A stretch of DNA of 24,208 bases from positions 1 through 24,208 of the forward strand of contig JBBSJT010000022.1 in NCBI GenBank assembly GCA_038257035.1. Reading direction: 5' to 3'. The position numbers and the translations under genes were made by a program. Shown piece after piece: positions 1-8,392 of the stretch (position 1 is the first letter of the stretch; every line of letters begins with the position of its first letter). Origin of the DNA: Chlamydiia bacterium (GTDB taxonomy: Bacteria; Chlamydiota; Chlamydiia; Chlamydiales; Parachlamydiaceae). Under the pieces are notes generated by a model. That model was given only the letters and a program-made list of their open reading frames with translations. It was not told the origin of the DNA and made no database searches.

Positions 1-45
1 AAGTCAATCGTTTTTCGTGGCTTAGAAAAGAGTTTAATTTATGGT

Positions 46-107
46 TTTTCGCGCTTTAGTGCGCTTCTCTGCGTCTCTGCGTCTCTGCGTTGAAAAAATC
101 ATATACG
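46..107. repeat. Right arm of an intergenic palindromic element (left arm not seen in window)
   Basis: TCGCGCTTTAGTGCGCT (related to motifs near 10207 and 23299), then 3x TCTCTGCG at 66-89, then TGAAAAAATCATATACG, which resembles the right terminus of the 13610-13727 element. Confidence 0.75.
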
Positions 108-228
108 TTTAAATAAGTTTTTTAACAGCATACTCTTAATTTTTCTTTAATTTTTTCAGTTTGAAGTAGCATCAGTATATACATGATTCTAATTCAACTT
201 GTGACATCAAGTTATCTTTGCGAGGAGG

Positions 229-840
229 TTAGAGGGGGAACCATGTGAAGTAGAGCGAAAGCACGCCCATGACAATCAGCAAACCACCTGCAAGCTCATT
301 AATCCGATGTACAGCCTTTGCATTGATGGTAAAGAGCATCGTGGCAAGAATAAGAATCAACCACCAAGCCAAAGATCCTATAAAAACACCTGCAGAAATA
401 ACAAAAGCTGTAATAAAATCGTATTCTAGGGAGTCAAGGCCAAGAGCTGCAAATATCCCTGCAAAGCTAAAAATAGTTAAGGGATTTGTGATAGTGACGG
501 TAAACATGATAAAAAAAATATGGGTCAAACCCCTTTCAATTTTTTTAGGCCCACTATTTTTTTTGGTATACAGAAGATATGTCCCAAAACCCATCAGGAT
601 AATAGAACCGAGGGTTTGAATCCACGTTTCATGAGATTTGATAAAGTCTAACAAAATTGCGATTCCAAGAAATGCAACAAAGGATGCAATGGCATCAGCA
701 ACAGCAATCCCAAGACCTGCTGCCACGCCAGATGCTTTTCCTTGAACCAAAATATAGCGCAGGCAAAGCATTCCGACAGCCCCCATAGGCATGCAGATAA
801 TTAAACCGATCAGAAATCCTTCCCCAAGTAAACTTAACAT
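229..840 (-). CDS. LysE/RhtB family amino-acid exporter
   Basis: 203 aa, hydrophobic; N-terminal GFLIGLIICMPMGAV, GLGIAVADA and TITNPLTI motifs typical of LysE. Confidence 0.88.
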   Translation of the reverse strand: MLSLLGEGFLIGLIICMPMGAVGMLCLRYILVQGKASGVAAGLGIAVADAIASFVAFLGIAILLDFIKSHETWIQTLGSIILMGFGTYLLYTKKNSGPKKIERGLTHIFFIMFTVTITNPLTIFSFAGIFAALGLDSLEYDFITAFVISAGVFIGSLAWWLILILATMLFTINAKAVHRINELAGGLLIVMGVLSLYFTWFPL

Positions 841-849
841 GAAGCCATA

Positions 850-1485
850 TTAAAGGATTAAAAATTTTAAAGTCCAAGCAAAAGATAGCACAGCTGCAAT
901 TACTATCAGGTAACCGCTAATTTTGTTCAATTTTTTTGCCGCAGAACTTTTGATTTTTCCCAAGAAATATGAAGAACTTGAAGAAACCATTATCCACCAA
1001 CTGATCGATCCCGCAAACACACCCATCGCTAAATGACCAATTGCAATGGGATCGTTTTCTAATGTGTCGATCCCCAAAGCAGTAAAAATGGCGACAAAAC
1101 TAAGAAGAGTCAAAGGATTTGTGAATGTAAGGATGAACATCATTAAAAAGACGAAAAAATAGCTTTTTTGAACGACAGCTTTTTCTTTTTCTTCTTTTTT
1201 TAAAGAAGAATTAATCGTGATAAGTCCAAAATAAAAGAGGAATAAGGAGCCAATTAATTTTAACCAAATATGATTGTCTTCAATAAAGCTAGTTAAGGTT
1301 GCAAGACCTATTGCTGTTAATGCACCGCAAGAAGCTTCGGCAAATGCAATACCAAGACCTGAAGCTATACCAAAACTTCTACCGCGGACAACAGAATATC
1401 GCAAGCAAAGAATGCCTGTTGGCCCCATTGGAATGGAAAGAGATAGCCCAATTAGGGATCCTTTAAGCAATAAGAATGGTAACAT
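850..1485 (-). CDS. LysE/RhtB family amino-acid exporter (tandem paralogue)
   Basis: IGLSLSIPMGPTG, GLGIAFAEA and LTFTNPLT motifs; start moved to ATG 1485 (MLPFLLLKG) so it aligns with the neighbouring paralogue. Confidence 0.87.
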   Translation of the reverse strand: MLPFLLLKGSLIGLSLSIPMGPTGILCLRYSVVRGRSFGIASGLGIAFAEASCGALTAIGLATLTSFIEDNHIWLKLIGSLFLFYFGLITINSSLKKEEKEKAVVQKSYFFVFLMMFILTFTNPLTLLSFVAIFTALGIDTLENDPIAIGHLAMGVFAGSISWWIMVSSSSSYFLGKIKSSAAKKLNKISGYLIVIAAVLSFAWTLKFLIL

Positions 1486-1664
1486 TTTGCAACTCTTTAT
1501 TGTAAGGCGATCTATATAATTAATTTTAATAGTATCAGTTATTTTCTTTAAAATCAAGCTAAATGATCTGACTTCCATGAGTTGTCTCCTTAGCAACTAC
1601 ATTAATTTTATTTCTTAAAACAGGTGTATTGCTAAAAAAGAAACATTAATTTAAAAAGAAAAAT

Positions 1665-2672
1665 ATGAATACAATATACTTAAAAAAAATTTATCTGACT
1701 CTTCTTTTAGCATCTGTAACTTTTGTACAAGCAGAAGAACTTGTCACACCACTTGGACTTCCAAAAGTACCTTTTCCGCAGGATAATCCTTACACTAAGG
1801 AAAAGGCAGAACTTGGAAGACGCCTCTATTTTGATCCTTGTTTGTCAGGGAACAAAGAAATCTCATGCGCAACCTGCCACGCTTTAGATCGTGCTTTTGC
1901 CGATCCAAACCCTGTTTCCATTGGAATTTTAGGAAGGAGCGGATCGCGTCATGCACCAACCGTAATCAATGCTGCATACAATCGTTTGCAATTTTGGGAT
2001 GGAAGGTCAACCTCCTTGGAGGATCAAGCAAAAGGTCCGATTGCAAACCATAATGAAATGTCTTTGTCGACAGATCCTGAGGTATCCTATGCTGAATGTC
2101 AAAAAAGAATCAAAGAACAAAAAGATTACTTGAAAATGTTCAAAGATGTTTTTGGAAATGAAGAGTGCAGTATGGATCAAGTAGCTCAGGCAATTGCAAC
2201 TTTTGAGAGGACTATATTGTCCGGTAATTCCCCCTACGATCGTTTCAAAAAGGGCGATAAAACAGCTATGACTGAAGAGCAAATTAACGGATATAAAGTT
2301 TTTAAGCGAGTGGGTTGTGAAAATTGCCATGCCGAACCTTTATTTACGGATGGACGCTTTTTAAACATTGGTGTTGGAATGGATGCAGTAAAACCCGATC
2401 TTGGTAGATTTGAAATTACCAAAGATGAAAAAGATTGGGGCGCCTTTAAGGTGCCAACATTGAGGGAATGTTCAAAATCCTATCCATACATGCATGACGG
2501 TTGTCATAAAACGCTTGAGGAAGTTATCGATTATTACGATAAAGGCGGAATTGCCAACAAAAATCTTCATCCTTTGATGAAACCTTTGCATTTAAGCGAT
2601 CAGGACAAAAAAGCATTGAAGGCATTCCTGGAAGCACTAAACGGTGAAGGCTGGCAACACATCAAGAGCTAA
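1665..2672 (+). CDS. Di-heme cytochrome c peroxidase (CcpA/MauG family), exported
   Basis: Signal peptide (..VTFVQA/EE), two CxxCH (CATCH, CENCH), LGRRLYFDP, QFWDGR, FKVPTLR, PYMHDG. Confidence 0.93.
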   Translation: MNTIYLKKIYLTLLLASVTFVQAEELVTPLGLPKVPFPQDNPYTKEKAELGRRLYFDPCLSGNKEISCATCHALDRAFADPNPVSIGILGRSGSRHAPTVINAAYNRLQFWDGRSTSLEDQAKGPIANHNEMSLSTDPEVSYAECQKRIKEQKDYLKMFKDVFGNEECSMDQVAQAIATFERTILSGNSPYDRFKKGDKTAMTEEQINGYKVFKRVGCENCHAEPLFTDGRFLNIGVGMDAVKPDLGRFEITKDEKDWGAFKVPTLRECSKSYPYMHDGCHKTLEEVIDYYDKGGIANKNLHPLMKPLHLSDQDKKALKAFLEALNGEGWQHIKS

Positions 2673-2724
2673 AGGTTTTTATTCGAAAATTATCATGTTG
2701 GAGTAGAACGTACGGAAATAGGGG

Positions 2725-2753
2725 TTGAAAAGTTCCAAAAGATAGAATATAAT
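2725..2753 (+). promoter_or_regulatory. Sigma-66/70-type promoter for aspS
   Basis: TTGAAA-17 nt-TATAAT, ending 30 nt before the ATG at 2784. Confidence 0.65.
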
Positions 2754-2783
2754 CCGAAGCAAAAACTACAAAAGAGACTCCTC

Positions 2784-4592
2784 ATGGACAGAATTTTATC
2801 ATCGGAATTAAAGAATCACCAAGACAAAGAGGTGATGGTGCGTGGCTGGCTAAATAATATACGTGCCATTGGCAAAGTGAGTTTTTTAATTTTACGAGAT
2901 AGAAACGGCCTGATCCAGGTCGTCATCAGCGACAAGGAAGAATTTAAAAAAGTAAAGGATATGCAACCCGGCACTATTTTGCAGATTATTGGCAAGGTTG
3001 CTGTTTCTACAGAGGCGGAACTTGGGGTTGAAATGATCGACCCAAAAATCACTGTAGAAGTGCCCATTAAAGAAGTGCCGCTCATTGAATTTTACAAACC
3101 TGAAATTAATTCCGACTTGGAATTTATTTTAGATAATCGACCAATCGCCTTAAGACAGCGAAAAATTCAAGCTGTTTTTAAAATTCAAGCAGAACTTGTC
3201 CACGCTTTTCGACTTTTTATGCACGATCAAATCCAAGCTGTTGAATATTTCGCCCCAAATATGATTGGAGCCTCATCTGAAGGCGGAGCTGAATTTTTTA
3301 ATGTCGATTATTTTGGGTATCCGGCAACCCTTGCACAAAGCAGTCAGCTTTATAAACAAATCATGGTGGGTGTTAACGAAAGAGTTTTTGCTCTCATGCC
3401 ATTTTTTAGAGCAGAAAATTCTCAAACGACAAGGCATTTGACCGAAGGCAAGCAATTTGAATTTGAAATGGGATTTTTTAACCATTGGCACGACATCATG
3501 GATGTTCAAGAAAATTGTATTAAGTTTATGATGAAACATCTTCATGCAACATGCGCAAAAGAAATTAAAATTCTAGACAATCAGATCATTCAAGCACCTG
3601 AAAATGTACCTTTTCCAAGAGTTACCTTTAAAGAAGCGCAAGAAATTTATTTTCAAAGAACAGGTCATGATGAGCGTGAAGAACCCGATTTAAGTCCAGC
3701 TGCCGAACGGGAGCTTTGCGCCTATGCCAGAGAGAATTTCCAAACAGACCTCATTTTTATTACCGACTGGAAAACAACGAAGCGTCCATTCTATGCCTAT
3801 CCTAACGATGAAAACCCTGAGATCAGCAACACTTTTGATTTACTTTGCGCAGGGACTGAAATTACTTCCGGAGGACAACGTCGTCACACACATGATTCGA
3901 TGTTAGAGGGGATTAAATCAAAGGCAATGAGCCCTGATGGATTCTCAGACTATTTAAGTATTTTTAAGCAAGGCATGCCCCCGCACGGTGGCTTTGGAAT
4001 GGGCTTAGAAAGATTAACAATGACGATCTTGAGATTAAAAAATATTAGAGAGACATCTCTTTTTCCGTCAGACCCTAAACGCATTGCAGGTAATCGCATT
4101 AAGGCTAAAATTTTCTACGGTTCCGAAAACATCCGTAACGAAATTATTCGTCTTTTAAAGCATTCAGAAATTGAATTTAAACACATGAGTCACGAGCCTA
4201 CTCCAACTTCTGAAGATTCAGCTGCTGTACGCGGAACAACTCTTCAAGAGGGTGTAAAGGCAATTATTTTACGTGGGAAAACAAGTAAAAAGAATTATCA
4301 GTTCAATATTCCTTCAAATTTAAAGCTCGACATGAAGGCTGTTGCTGAAGCTTGCGGTGAAAAATGTGAATTTGAAGATCCAAACGTCATTAGTGATCGC
4401 TTTGGTTTGGTTGTCGGCAGTGTTCCGCCATTTGGTCAATTGATGAATCTAGATACGTATTTTGACGAAAAGATTAAAGAATCACCAAGATCTGCTTTTA
4501 ACTGCGGTTTGGTTAAAGAATCGATCATTATGGATTCAAAAGATTTGTTTGCCCTTGTGAATCCAACCATCGGTAAATTCAGCAAGGAATAA
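2784..4592 (+). CDS. aspS: Aspartate-tRNA ligase, archaeal/eukaryal type (probably non-discriminating), with C-terminal YbaK/YeaK-like deacylase domain
   Basis: N-terminal OB fold (VRGWLNNIR..FLILRD), LAQSSQLYKQ, FRAENSQTTRHL, EITSGGQR, PPHGGFGMGLER; no bacterial GAD insert; about 155 extra residues with HEPTPT..RGTT..GVKAII and GSVPPFG. Confidence 0.88.
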   Translation: MDRILSSELKNHQDKEVMVRGWLNNIRAIGKVSFLILRDRNGLIQVVISDKEEFKKVKDMQPGTILQIIGKVAVSTEAELGVEMIDPKITVEVPIKEVPLIEFYKPEINSDLEFILDNRPIALRQRKIQAVFKIQAELVHAFRLFMHDQIQAVEYFAPNMIGASSEGGAEFFNVDYFGYPATLAQSSQLYKQIMVGVNERVFALMPFFRAENSQTTRHLTEGKQFEFEMGFFNHWHDIMDVQENCIKFMMKHLHATCAKEIKILDNQIIQAPENVPFPRVTFKEAQEIYFQRTGHDEREEPDLSPAAERELCAYARENFQTDLIFITDWKTTKRPFYAYPNDENPEISNTFDLLCAGTEITSGGQRRHTHDSMLEGIKSKAMSPDGFSDYLSIFKQGMPPHGGFGMGLERLTMTILRLKNIRETSLFPSDPKRIAGNRIKAKIFYGSENIRNEIIRLLKHSEIEFKHMSHEPTPTSEDSAAVRGTTLQEGVKAIILRGKTSKKNYQFNIPSNLKLDMKAVAEACGEKCEFEDPNVISDRFGLVVGSVPPFGQLMNLDTYFDEKIKESPRSAFNCGLVKESIIMDSKDLFALVNPTIGKFSKE

Positions 4593-4605
4593 ACTTAGGT
4601 GTTAA

Positions 4606-4624
4606 CAGCGGGTACTACCCGCTG
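4606..4624. terminator. GC-rich hairpin between convergent genes, possible bidirectional terminator
   Basis: CAGCGGGTA-C-TACCCGCTG with outer TTAGG/CCTAA; no strong U tract. Confidence 0.5.
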
Positions 4625-4657
4625 CCTAAAGCTTATTATCCCTTTGTATTTTTAATT

Positions 4658-5365
4658 TCATTCGATTTTTTTCATCAAGTCAAAAAATACTTCATTAGAA
4701 ATCGGACATTCGCCCCTATTTTTGTTTTGTTTAACCGAAGGATACGACAGAAAAATATCAAGTGATTTTAGGTTAAACTTTTCTGTCGTTAAATCCAAGT
4801 TTTCAGAGTTTCTTAATATTTGTTCAGCTTCCCAAGCAGACGAGGATACCCAAGACAATGCTTGTAATTTTATTCTTGCCCAACTTTCCCCATTAAACAT
4901 CCTATTTTTTTCAATTATGGTATTTTCATTACTGTTAATGGGAATTTTAAATTCTGATGTAATAATTTCTTTAAAAAGGTTTGTTGTCATTAAATTCCAC
5001 TTATCATGGTAAACCATTATCCCGCACAGATCAGATTTAACCATCGAATGTTTCATGTGCGCATCATTGCAAAGTGTTTTAAAATCAAGAACAGCTTTGT
5101 CATAACATTCTTTTTTAGCTGCTTCTAGTGAGTTAAGATTGTGTATTAATTCTTTAAAAGCAGAGACTTTTACTTTATCCTTGCCAAAAGAAAAACCCTG
5201 TGTCCATCGAGCAGGCTCTAAAGTTTTATTAGTGGATAAAAGGCATGTCTTTTGCCATGGGGTAAGGTAACTACAAAGAACATTTTGAAGATCTTCAAAT
5301 TCGAACACCTTGGCAGCAATTGATGGTGTATAAGAAATTTGAACGTTAGTATTAATTGATTGCAT
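4658..5365 (-). CDS. Hypothetical protein with N-terminal F-box-like motif (candidate effector)
   Basis: 235 aa ORF with GAGG RBS; DLQNVLCSYLTPWQKTCLLSTNKTL resembles the F-box pattern; S/T/N/Q-rich N-terminus. Confidence 0.6.
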   Translation of the reverse strand: MQSINTNVQISYTPSIAAKVFEFEDLQNVLCSYLTPWQKTCLLSTNKTLEPARWTQGFSFGKDKVKVSAFKELIHNLNSLEAAKKECYDKAVLDFKTLCNDAHMKHSMVKSDLCGIMVYHDKWNLMTTNLFKEIITSEFKIPINSNENTIIEKNRMFNGESWARIKLQALSWVSSSAWEAEQILRNSENLDLTTEKFNLKSLDIFLSYPSVKQNKNRGECPISNEVFFDLMKKIE

Positions 5366-5480
5366 ATTACCTCACTTATTTAAAGTGAGAATATAATTAT
5401 AACAAAATATTGTTAAGATAATATAAAGAAAAGTGAATTTATAGTAGGCTTTAGTTTGCTGTAACGAATTATTATATTCT

Positions 5481-5546
5481 AATTTGGAGTGCTGTGCCCT
5501 GGCACAGCTTTGTTTTCAGCCTGACCTGGCAGGCTGCTAAATCGCC
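5481..5546. repeat. REP-like double hairpin, family B copy 1
   Basis: AATTTGGAGT-GCTGTGCC-CT-GGCACAGC-TTTG then CAGCCTG-ACCTGG-CAGGCTG; colinear homology with about 16433-16503. Confidence 0.75.
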
Positions 5547-5591
5547 ATTTCTTCTAACGTAATAAATTTACTAAGGAGTGATCCTACAACA

Positions 5592-5658
5592 TAATGCAAA
5601 AGTAAAATTTGGAGTGCTGTAACAGAGTTACAGCACTCCAAATTTTACCTTTACATTA
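5592..5658. repeat. 67-bp palindrome of two head-to-head family B halves
   Basis: 32-bp arms (2 mismatches) around AGA; arm TAATGYAAARGTAAAATTTGGAGTGCTGTAAC also found at 16419-16450. Confidence 0.85.
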
Positions 5659-5701
5659 CGTTATTACATCAACCCTGCATGCTATCATCTGTTAGGTCGG
5701 T

Positions 5702-6931
5702 CTACTTTTTAACTTTGGCTTGAATTTTCTTAAAAGGCCTTAGTTTTGTTTTTTTGCCGGGTGCAGGTTCTTTTTTTGGCGCCACCTTTGGCTTTGCAGC
5801 AGCTTTTGGTTTCGGCTTTGCGGCAGCTTTAGGGACAGCTTTTGCTTTTGGAGCAGTTTTTGCTTTTGCAGCAGCTTTTGGCTTCGCGCTTTTTGATTTG
5901 GAGTTCACATTTGCTTTTGAAATTGCTGATTTTGCAGATTTGGCTTTAGGAACTTCGTCAAAATCCTCTTCATCGTCTTCATCTTCATCATCATCAAAAC
6001 TAATTTTAGATTTTGAAGCTGATTTTTTGGAGTCTTTTGAATCGTCTTGCACCCATTTTGACGATAGATTGCGAAGAACACTCAGTTTTTGGCTTAGAGT
6101 CTCCGGCTGGTCTGAATGTGATGCCAGTTTTCTATTTGAGTTTGCAATAATTTCTTCTTCAGATTCAAATTTTGTAGAGAAGGTAATCGCAGATGCACTG
6201 GAAATATCAGGAATGAAAAGAAAGGGCAGGGCAAGCGCCGGAACAGTTGTGTAAACATCGGTTGAAACATGAGATTCTACTTCTTGCTTGATCGCTTGTT
6301 TAGGTGGACGTCCACGTTTCGGTCTTGGATTTAAGGCTTCATTTGAATAATAAGTTTTAGCTTTAGCGACAAGGATTTTTCTTGCGGCAACGACTTCTTT
6401 TGATGCCTTGACAATGAAAAGCTCTTTTTTTAATTTCTCAATGAGTAATTTAGGAAGATCAAGATCTTCTTCAAAGACAAAATGGAAGTGGCTGTTACGT
6501 AACCATTCGATAATTCTGATACGCGATCTTTCTTGGTAGTATTGTTGCCATTTTTCAAGTTCAGAAAGATGATCATAGATGAATTCAAGAAAGTTTTCAC
6601 GGGCTTCTTTTGACTGAATGATATCTAATAATTTTTCTTTTGTATCGATATCGTAAATCTTTTCGTTTACAAAGCCTTCCATGATTTTTTTTGTTTCATA
6701 AAAAGTCAATTTTGGAATTAAGCAGTAGCGTTCGGGATGGGAAGCAATTTCTTTTTCTACCACAATGACATCAGCTTCTGTTTTATCTAAGTTGATATAG
6801 ATAATAAAACCTTCCTGGCGATCTAAATAAAAATCTCTTTCATCGTCAGATTTTGTAAAAGCTTCCATTAATCGATGAGAGCGTAGTATAAGTGGATTTT
6901 GAGGCTCTGTTTTGAGTTTTGTAGACATCAT
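5702..6931 (-). CDS. UPF0158 family protein (CT429-like) with acidic tract and Lys/Ala/Pro-rich tail
   Basis: QNPLILRSHRLMEAFTKSDDERDFYLDR, EALNPRPKRGRPPK; located downstream of glyA-clpP-dapF as in Chlamydia. Confidence 0.85.
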   Translation of the reverse strand: MMSTKLKTEPQNPLILRSHRLMEAFTKSDDERDFYLDRQEGFIIYINLDKTEADVIVVEKEIASHPERYCLIPKLTFYETKKIMEGFVNEKIYDIDTKEKLLDIIQSKEARENFLEFIYDHLSELEKWQQYYQERSRIRIIEWLRNSHFHFVFEEDLDLPKLLIEKLKKELFIVKASKEVVAARKILVAKAKTYYSNEALNPRPKRGRPPKQAIKQEVESHVSTDVYTTVPALALPFLFIPDISSASAITFSTKFESEEEIIANSNRKLASHSDQPETLSQKLSVLRNLSSKWVQDDSKDSKKSASKSKISFDDDEDEDDEEDFDEVPKAKSAKSAISKANVNSKSKSAKPKAAAKAKTAPKAKAVPKAAAKPKPKAAAKPKVAPKKEPAPGKKTKLRPFKKIQAKVKK

Positions 6932-7755
6932 GATTTCCTTAGATTAATAAATTCATCAGCCACAAATTCCCCTTTGTAGACTAATTCAGCAGGGCCTGAC
7001 ATTGTAACGTCTTGAATAGATTCTTTATTGATTGTACAATTAATTTCTATTTGTTCATTAGATTTTGTGTTTACTTTTATCGGAAGTGGTATTTGAAGTA
7101 AGTAGGCAGCAGCTATTGCAGAGGCTGTAACGCCCGTGCCGCAGCTTAGAGTTTCATCTTCAACGCCACGTTCGTAAGTTCTTACCAAAATTTCGTTATT
7201 GCTTAAAATTTTGACAAAGTTGACATTTGTACCCTTTGAAAAACTTTCATGATAACGAATTTTTGGTGCAAGATTTTTTAGATCGCTATCCTTAATTTCA
7301 TCAAGAAAAACTACTGCATGAGGAACACCCGTATTTAGGCTATGCACTTTTAAATTAGATGATTCTAATTTTAAATCCATATTCCAGTTTATATCGAATG
7401 GATTCATCATTGAGACTTGGATGTTGGAACCATCTTGTGCAAGTTTAATGCAAGATTCTTTAGTCTCAATTAGGTATTCATCTTTTTTAAGGGCTGTGCA
7501 TTCATGAATAAATTTAAAAAAGCAACGACTGCCATTTCCGCACATTTCAGCTTCATGCCCATCAGAATTAAAAATGCGCATTCTAAAATCGGCTTTTGTA
7601 GAATTTTCCAGTAAAATAATCCCATCAGCTCCTATGCCACATTGTCTGTGGCATAGTTTAGAGATAAATATAGGATCTTGGGCAGGAAAAATGCAATTTC
7701 TATTATCAATAAAGATAAAATCATTCCCCGCGCCAACATACTTGGAAAATTTCAT
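6928..7755 (-). CDS. dapF: Diaminopimelate epimerase
   Basis: FSKYVGAGNDF, GIGADG, EMCGNG, TGVPH, RTYERGVEDETLSCGTG; start at ATG 7755 just after the clpP stop. Confidence 0.95.
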   Translation of the reverse strand: MKFSKYVGAGNDFIFIDNRNCIFPAQDPIFISKLCHRQCGIGADGIILLENSTKADFRMRIFNSDGHEAEMCGNGSRCFFKFIHECTALKKDEYLIETKESCIKLAQDGSNIQVSMMNPFDINWNMDLKLESSNLKVHSLNTGVPHAVVFLDEIKDSDLKNLAPKIRYHESFSKGTNVNFVKILSNNEILVRTYERGVEDETLSCGTGVTASAIAAAYLLQIPLPIKVNTKSNEQIEINCTINKESIQDVTMSGPAELVYKGEFVADEFINLRKS

Positions 7756-7756
7756 T

Positions 7757-8356
7757 TTAGAGGTCCTTAAAAGAATTGATGATTTTATCAAGAAGTCCAA
7801 AATTCTTAGCTTCTTCAGCAGTCATCCAAGTGTCGCGATCTAGAGCTTTATCGATTGTATCAAAATCTTTACCTGTTGCTTTTACATAAAGATTAACTAA
7901 ACTGTTACGTGTTTTTAACATTTCTTTAGCTTGAATTTCTAAATCTGTTGCTTGACCTTGAATCACGCCACCGATCATAGGTTGGTGAATCATGATTCTT
8001 GAATTTGCCGTTGCAAATCTTCTTTTTGGAGCAGCACATAAACTCAATATAGAACCCATAGAGGCAGCAAGACCTGTAACAACAGTAGTAACAGGGGATG
8101 TGATCATCTGTACTTGATCCCAGATAGCAAAACCTGAATCTACAGAGCCACCCGGGCTGTTGATAAAGAAGTAAATGGGTTTGCCTGGATCTAGGTTTTC
8201 AAGATACCATAATTTTTTAATGATTTCTGCTGCGCTTTGACTGTCAACTGCGTCATGTAGAAAAATACGGCGCGAGTCTAAAATGGCGCTTTCAATCCTG
8301 TCTTTGAGATGAACAAAAGATGAATCTTGTTCTTTTTCTTTGTCGGCTTTAGCCAT
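7757..8356 (-). CDS. clpP: ATP-dependent Clp protease proteolytic subunit (chlamydial ClpP1-type locus)
   Basis: INSPGG, AASMG (catalytic Ser), MIHQP (His), DRD. Confidence 0.96.
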   Translation of the reverse strand: MAKADKEKEQDSSFVHLKDRIESAILDSRRIFLHDAVDSQSAAEIIKKLWYLENLDPGKPIYFFINSPGGSVDSGFAIWDQVQMITSPVTTVVTGLAASMGSILSLCAAPKRRFATANSRIMIHQPMIGGVIQGQATDLEIQAKEMLKTRNSLVNLYVKATGKDFDTIDKALDRDTWMTAEEAKNFGLLDKIINSFKDL

Positions 8357-8392
8357 GATTAACTCCAGTTTTAAATTCTAATTTTAGTTGTT

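Noticed and set aside
1486..1596. N-terminal extensions in the ORF track (lysE here; also dapF, ohr, khpA, pabA)
   Set aside because: Downstream ATGs fit family N-termini, RBS positions or gene coupling better
5754..6254. 166-aa plus-strand ORF rich in F/A/G/S
   Set aside because: Antisense shadow of the low-complexity UPF0158 tail
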